Positions 32,812 through 36,576 of a DNA stretch of 36,576 bases are shown piece by piece; the stretch's first letter is position 1; the number at the start of each line of letters is the position of its first letter. The stretch comes from a virus: the IMG/VR virus record IMGVR_UViG_3300003375_000006, positions 1 through 36,576 of that record, one strand, 5' to 3'. The notes below the pieces were generated by a model. That model made no database searches. It saw only the letters and a list, made by a program, of their open reading frames with translations, and had not been told where the DNA came from. The translations under genes were made by a program, and so were the position numbers.

Positions 32812-34188
32812 TTAATTTTCTGGTTTCCACCAAGTTCCCATTCCAGCAGGTTCCCAAGGGTGTGGACTTTGATAATTGTCAAATTCTTCCAATTTATCAC
32901 CTAAATGTACCCTATCCTTTAACATTCGAGGAGTATTTGATGACATGTTTTGAAGCGGTATGTTACTTTTACTGTAACCTGGAGGTTGCCAAGGAACAGG
33001 GGTTATATAATCATCAACTTCGTTTGGAACATTTTTAATTTGCATTCCATATCGGATTGCATCCATTGCATGAGAAAATTCATGTTGTGGTTCATTAATT
33101 ACTGACCCAGTCTTTTCATCAACTTTCCAACTGTAATTTCTGTACTCTTTGATTATATTAACAGACCTACTAGTAATATAGCAAGCCTTATCTTGTACAA
33201 ATTGAATACCTTGCATAACAGATCCTTTTCCTTTTGTTGCAGGAATTACAGTAAGTCCATAAGTACGGAGTTCATCGTTTGATTTAGGTTCTGCCGAATC
33301 CGGAATAACTGGCCCCGCAGTTTGTGACAATAGAATCTCAGATATTTTTTTGTTACTTAATCCTTTTGTATATGCTATTTCATCAAAAATAAAAGCATTA
33401 TTCCAATAGTAAATAGCTGCGATTGCTGTTGGATCATTGGTATATCCATAATCAAGTCCATAAGAAATAAGTCTTGCTTCATGTGGAAGTTCATCAATAA
33501 TTTTCCAATTATTGTAAATTTTATGTTGTAGGTCTCCATCTTCACCAAGGCCGTACACTTTCCACCATCGAGCATTATGTTTATGTGATTCAATTTCTTT
33601 AATCGTTATTTCGTCAAGTGCTTCGTTATCGAGATAGTTAAGAGTAATGTAATCATAATCATCTCGAAAAGGTTCAATTTGTTCATGAAACCAGAATTGT
33701 TCACTTGGGTTCCAATCCATCCAAATAATTTCACGAGTACGAATAATAAGCTGGTCAACGATTTCCCATGCAAGGTTATTACATTCATTCAAGAACAAAC
33801 AATCTCGTCGTGGTCCGTGAGCTTTACCATAACTATCCATCGACATAAACTCAAGAACATTCCCTGTTTCAAATGTGTAGGTATGCTTACTGTCATTCCA
33901 TAGTTTTTCTTCCCAATACCCTCGGTCAATCATGATCGCTTTAAAATCTCGAATTGCTCCAAGATTTAAGTGTGGAAATGATTCAGAAACAACAGTTGAT
34001 ATTTTTGGCCTTTGATATTTAACCTGTGAATAATTAATAAACCAAGTAAGAATTGAAATTGTTTTTGATGCAGATGTTCCACCTTTAACTGCTCGTATTC
34101 TTTTTTTTAAACTAAAAATCTTCCTCAACGAGGTAATGTCTTGAAAGTGAAAAGGTGTATTATTTACTATCTGTAGATTCTGCTCCAT
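32812..34188 (-). CDS. terL: terminase large subunit
   Basis: Walker A-like VKGGTSASKT. Walker B-like DCLFLNE. Nuclease-domain motifs GLDYGYTNDPTAI and HAMDAIRYG. Confidence 0.9.
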   Translation of the reverse strand: MEQNLQIVNNTPFHFQDITSLRKIFSLKKRIRAVKGGTSASKTISILTWFINYSQVKYQRPKISTVVSESFPHLNLGAIRDFKAIMIDRGYWEEKLWNDSKHTYTFETGNVLEFMSMDSYGKAHGPRRDCLFLNECNNLAWEIVDQLIIRTREIIWMDWNPSEQFWFHEQIEPFRDDYDYITLNYLDNEALDEITIKEIESHKHNARWWKVYGLGEDGDLQHKIYNNWKIIDELPHEARLISYGLDYGYTNDPTAIAAIYYWNNAFIFDEIAYTKGLSNKKISEILLSQTAGPVIPDSAEPKSNDELRTYGLTVIPATKGKGSVMQGIQFVQDKACYITSRSVNIIKEYRNYSWKVDEKTGSVINEPQHEFSHAMDAIRYGMQIKNVPNEVDDYITPVPWQPPGYSKSNIPLQNMSSNTPRMLKDRVHLGDKLEEFDNYQSPHPWEPAGMGTWWKPEN

Positions 34189-34726
34189 GAATAGTGTTTA
34201 TTCCACCATAGATTGGTGTTGGCAAAGGTTTTCCATCTTCGCCAGTTACTTCTGTTCTTGTAGAGTATCCGCGTTTCTTTCCTAATCGCTCTGCGACAAA
34301 CATTGCCGAGCGTTGTTTGATGGTCAGAAGTTTATCATTTTGTCCGTAAAGAATTTTCTTTACTGGTTTTCCTTTTTCGTTGAGTTCGTCAGTCTCAACA
34401 TAAATTGGCCCGAACTGTCCGATTACTGGAACAACGGTTTCAAGTTCAATGGTTTCTTCAAGAACTTTCTCTGCTTTTTGAAAGAGACTCATTCTTCTCA
34501 GTCTTTCATTAAACCAATCATGATTTGTTATTTGTCTAGCAGTATAGTTTTCATACTTAGCTCTTATGGCAGATTGATATGCGTTACTAAAGGTTTCACT
34601 GTTGGGATTAGTGTAGTATCCCCAGAATAGTTCTTGTCTAGGATCGTAGAGGTATTGGTTGGCACCATAAGTGTTGGTTTTGGCACCTTCTCGTTTTTTA
34701 GTTGCAATTTTTTTCTTTTTTGCCAT
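34160..34726 (-). CDS. terS: terminase small subunit
   Basis: 188 aa, overlaps the terL start by 29 nt. Basic N-terminus MAKKKKIATKKREG. ...ETFSNAYQSAIRAKYENYTARQ... resembles Terminase_2-type small subunits. Confidence 0.65.
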   Translation of the reverse strand: MAKKKKIATKKREGAKTNTYGANQYLYDPRQELFWGYYTNPNSETFSNAYQSAIRAKYENYTARQITNHDWFNERLRRMSLFQKAEKVLEETIELETVVPVIGQFGPIYVETDELNEKGKPVKKILYGQNDKLLTIKQRSAMFVAERLGKKRGYSTRTEVTGEDGKPLPTPIYGGINTIHGAESTDSK

Positions 34727-34948
34727 AGAGTTTATAGTTAATCGCTACCTAGTACAGCAAAGCTGTTATCGCATAGCTTGGAGTTTCGACATTCCAAGGT
34801 GTTCAGCTTTTCTGTACTTGAAAGCCATTATGTTGGGGGGACATGATAGAGGTTGAAACTATCATGTCCACCAAACACAAGGGTTTGGTGGGAGACCTAC
34901 CTTTAATCCAATGTTTTTTCAGGGTTTTACCCCTAGAACATTATAACA

Positions 34949-35209
34949 TTAAGATGTAGCTCCGTTAAATGGATCAGTCGCAGGTACAACAGCTTCTGCA
35001 TTAACTGTTTCAGCAGGTGCTTCTGTAACCGCAGGAGTCTCTACTGTTTCAATTTTTGCTTCCTCAGTCTGAGTTGAGGGAATAGCCTCTGATGGAGCTG
35101 ATGGTGCATTTAATGAGGCAGAAATAAAGTTTTCAAGATAATCAATTTCTGATTCAACTCGTTTTTTGATCTCTTTCAAAGAGTTCAATGTTGTTTCAAT
35201 TTCAATCAT
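34949..35209 (-). CDS. hypothetical protein (N-terminal helix, Ala/Pro/Thr/Glu-rich tail)
   Basis: ORF track, 86 aa. Confidence 0.5.
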   Translation of the reverse strand: MIEIETTLNSLKEIKKRVESEIDYLENFISASLNAPSAPSEAIPSTQTEEAKIETVETPAVTEAPAETVNAEAVVPATDPFNGATS

Positions 35210-35246
35210 GATTTTGTATGCAAGAGGGATTATATTCTTGCAGTAT

Positions 35247-35316
35247 GAGTAAATAAGGGTTCGAACCTTAATTTTTAGACTTAAAGCTAATGTTTTACCA
35301 CTTAAACTATTTACTC
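35247..35316 (-). tRNA. tRNA-like gene with a non-canonical anticodon arm (loop CUUUAAGU; Leu-UAA, ochre-suppressor UUA or quadruplet reading all conceivable)
   Basis: Minus strand: GAGTAAA-TA-GTTT-AAGTGGTA-AAAC-A-TTAG-CTTTAAGT-CTAA-AAAT-TAAGG-TTCGAAC-CCTTA-TTTACTC. Perfect 7-bp acceptor stem, 4-bp D stem with GG in the loop, perfect 5-bp T stem with a canonical TTCGAAC loop. The anticodon stem is only 4 bp. No CCA is encoded. Confidence 0.6.
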
Positions 35317-35529
35317 GATTTCTGGTGATAAGGAATCTTTTTTGGTTTCGAGGGGGTCGAGACTCTTATAAGTCTTACAGATTACTCTTGCTTTCCTACC
35401 AATATGCCACCTTATACTTTTTGGATAGAATAGGATTATTCATGGAATCCTCTAAATTCTTTCGAAATTTTAGATCCATCGCCTCATTTTTTAGGCTAGT
35501 GTCTTACTCTTGCACCACACCAGAAAAAA

Positions 35530-36015
35530 TTATTTAACCTTTGCTTTAGTGTGTCTTTCTTCTGCAATATATTCTTTTACAAGTATTTCTGTAGCTTCAA
35601 CGTTTTTAAGTTCTTCTTCGATTGCAGCCTCAGATGTAGTAATGTTTTGCTTTGCACCACCGATAATTTCTTTGCAAGTTTTGATTCGCTTACTATTTTC
35701 AGCCTTATCTTCGTAGCTTAGGTTATCTCGTTCTTTTTCAAGCTCTGCAAGTCGTTCTGTTGCTTTTTTAAGTGTTAATTCACCTAGAATCTTGGTTTTT
35801 TTGTACTCAACGATTCTTTTTTTGTGATTTCGGATCTGTTCGTTGAGATTAACAATGATTTCTCCAATAGTGAGAACATCTTCTGTAGGGTCTGGGTAAA
35901 GTACTACCATTCCTGATTCATTAATGATCAAACCTTTTTCTGATGGAGTATGTTCTGAAACGAACTTGTTAAATGCAACATCTTCATCAATTTTGAAATA
36001 TTTTACTTTTAGCAT
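35530..36015 (-). CDS. coiled-coil hypothetical protein
   Basis: ORF track, 161 aa. The C-terminal two thirds are Lys/Glu-rich and heptad-like. Confidence 0.6.
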   Translation of the reverse strand: MLKVKYFKIDEDVAFNKFVSEHTPSEKGLIINESGMVVLYPDPTEDVLTIGEIIVNLNEQIRNHKKRIVEYKKTKILGELTLKKATERLAELEKERDNLSYEDKAENSKRIKTCKEIIGGAKQNITTSEAAIEEELKNVEATEILVKEYIAEERHTKAKVK

Positions 36016-36227
36016 GTTTTTATAAATTAATTATTAATTGCTTTCAGTCTAGTCCCGACACAAACCGCTTTTGTGAGTTGATTGTGCGGGGGCTAGACAA
36101 CACAAAAGCATTATAATTATAACACTTACTAAGTAGATTTAACAAGTGCATAAGTATTAAAGGTTAGAAGTGCCGAGTTATGGGGGCAAGGATTTGACGA
36201 GTTGAGGAAGATTGCTCTTTCGAGGTT

Positions 36228-36576
36228 CTACCCCCAGCTGTTCAATCGTATATCTTCTTTAACTGATAATTCAAATTTGGCTTTAATCATTTCGACCATT
36301 GCCATGTACTCTTTGTAGTGCTTTGTATCTATGGAGTGAGTTTTTTTGATTGATTCAATAAATTGTTCCAGGTTTCCTAAAAAACATCCACAAGATATTT
36401 GTACTCCTCCATCTTTATGTTTAGTTACGGTTGTAGTTCTATTCGATGAACCGAATTTTGAAAACCAACAAATCTCCGCGTTACCAGAAACACTCGCGTT
36501 ACCAGAAACCCACGCGTCACCAGAAACACTCGCGTTACCAGAAACACTCGCGTTACCAGAAACCCACGCGTTACCA
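36228..36576 (-). CDS. Hexapeptide-repeat protein, C-terminal part (continuation of 1..326)
   Basis: My own translation entering from the right edge: ...GNAWVSGNASVSGNASVSGDAWVSGNASVSGNAEICWFSKFGSSNRTTTVTKHKDGGVQISCGCFLGNLEQFIESIKKTHSIDTKHYKEYMAMVEMIKAKFELSVKEDIRLNSWG*. Stop at 36228-36230. Confidence 0.7.
   Translation of the reverse strand, partial: GNAWVSGNASVSGNASVSGDAWVSGNASVSGNAEICWFSKFGSSNRTTTVTKHKDGGVQISCGCFLGNLEQFIESIKKTHSIDTKHYKEYMAMVEMIKAKFELSVKEDIRLNSWG
36481..36576. repeat. 18-bp tandem repeat array, right-end part (5 units plus a 6-nt stub)
   Basis: Units start at 36481, 36499, 36517, 36535 and 36553, with a stub at 36571-36576. Positions 36517-36576 are identical to 1-60. Confidence 0.95.

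Noticed and set aside
34751-34818. Possible second tRNA (7-bp AGTACAG/CTGTACT outer stem with a TTCGA-containing internal hairpin)
   Set aside because: On neither strand do the internal arms fit a cloverleaf. There is no proper D arm or T arm adjacent to the acceptor 3' strand, and loop sizes are wrong. Kept only as a structured RNA candidate.
11288-34856. Remaining short overlapping track ORFs in the structural and packaging region (e.g. 11288..11527, 13526..13714, 13999..14305, 16030..16233, 16694..16894, 18597..18797, 20665..20880, 22675..22863, 23389..23986, 24806..25201, 27486..27767, 29053..29304, 29407..29592, 29898..30206, 31193..32009, 32455..32815, 33375..33903, 34313..34856)
   Set aside because: Each lies entirely within, or antisense to, a long coherent gene. 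The same-strand alternative frames stay open because of codon bias, and their translations are low-complexity.
35325-35716. Plus-strand ORFs 35325..35537 (GTG start) and 35510..35716
   Set aside because: The first lies in the non-coding gap and has F/R/L/S/Y-rich junk composition. The second is antisense to the coiled-coil gene. Neither has promoter or coupling context.
1-36576. Stop-codon reassignment (suggested by the odd tRNA), or a lysogeny, CRISPR or transposon component
   Set aside because: All long genes are uninterrupted in the standard code, and TAA, TGA and TAG all terminate well-delimited ORFs. I found no integrase/recombinase-like ORF, att-like repeat, repeat-spacer array or IS terminal inverted repeats.

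Overview
The window reads as one complete, visibly AT-rich tailed-phage genome. It looks podovirus-like: I see no tape-measure, sheath or tail-tube genes. The first 60 nt are identical to the last 60 nt, and both ends lie in an 18-bp coding tandem repeat. The minus-strand ORF pieces 1..326 and 36228..36576 join in frame, so the contig is most simply a circular genome linearised inside a gene.

All convincing genes except three are on the minus strand. In transcription order (right to left) the modules are:
- Two small genes and one tRNA-like gene, set among unusually long structured non-coding stretches (34727..36227).
- Packaging and head genes: terS, terL, portal, small basic proteins, acidic scaffold, major capsid.
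- An unusual run of six signal-peptide or transmembrane proteins (21722..26847), including two large fibre-like proteins.
- A LysM plus papain-like peptidase, then tail and ejection proteins.
- A HAD plus ATP-grasp-like fusion.
- A lysis cassette: GH108 endolysin flanked by small membrane proteins.
- A bidirectional terminator.
- The only plus-strand genes: three paralogous zinc-ribbon miniproteins.
- A divergent promoter region with a (GCTTAC)3 repeat.
- An early leftward operon: RHH regulator, Rad52-type annealase, PD-(D/E)XK exonuclease, and a replisome organiser with an embedded HNH domain and ori-like repeats, plus many small Cys-rich or membrane proteins.

I did not recognise an integrase, DNA or RNA polymerase, primase/helicase, CRISPR array or IS element.

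All functional calls come from motif recognition by eye on the supplied translations and on short ORFs I translated myself. No database search was run.
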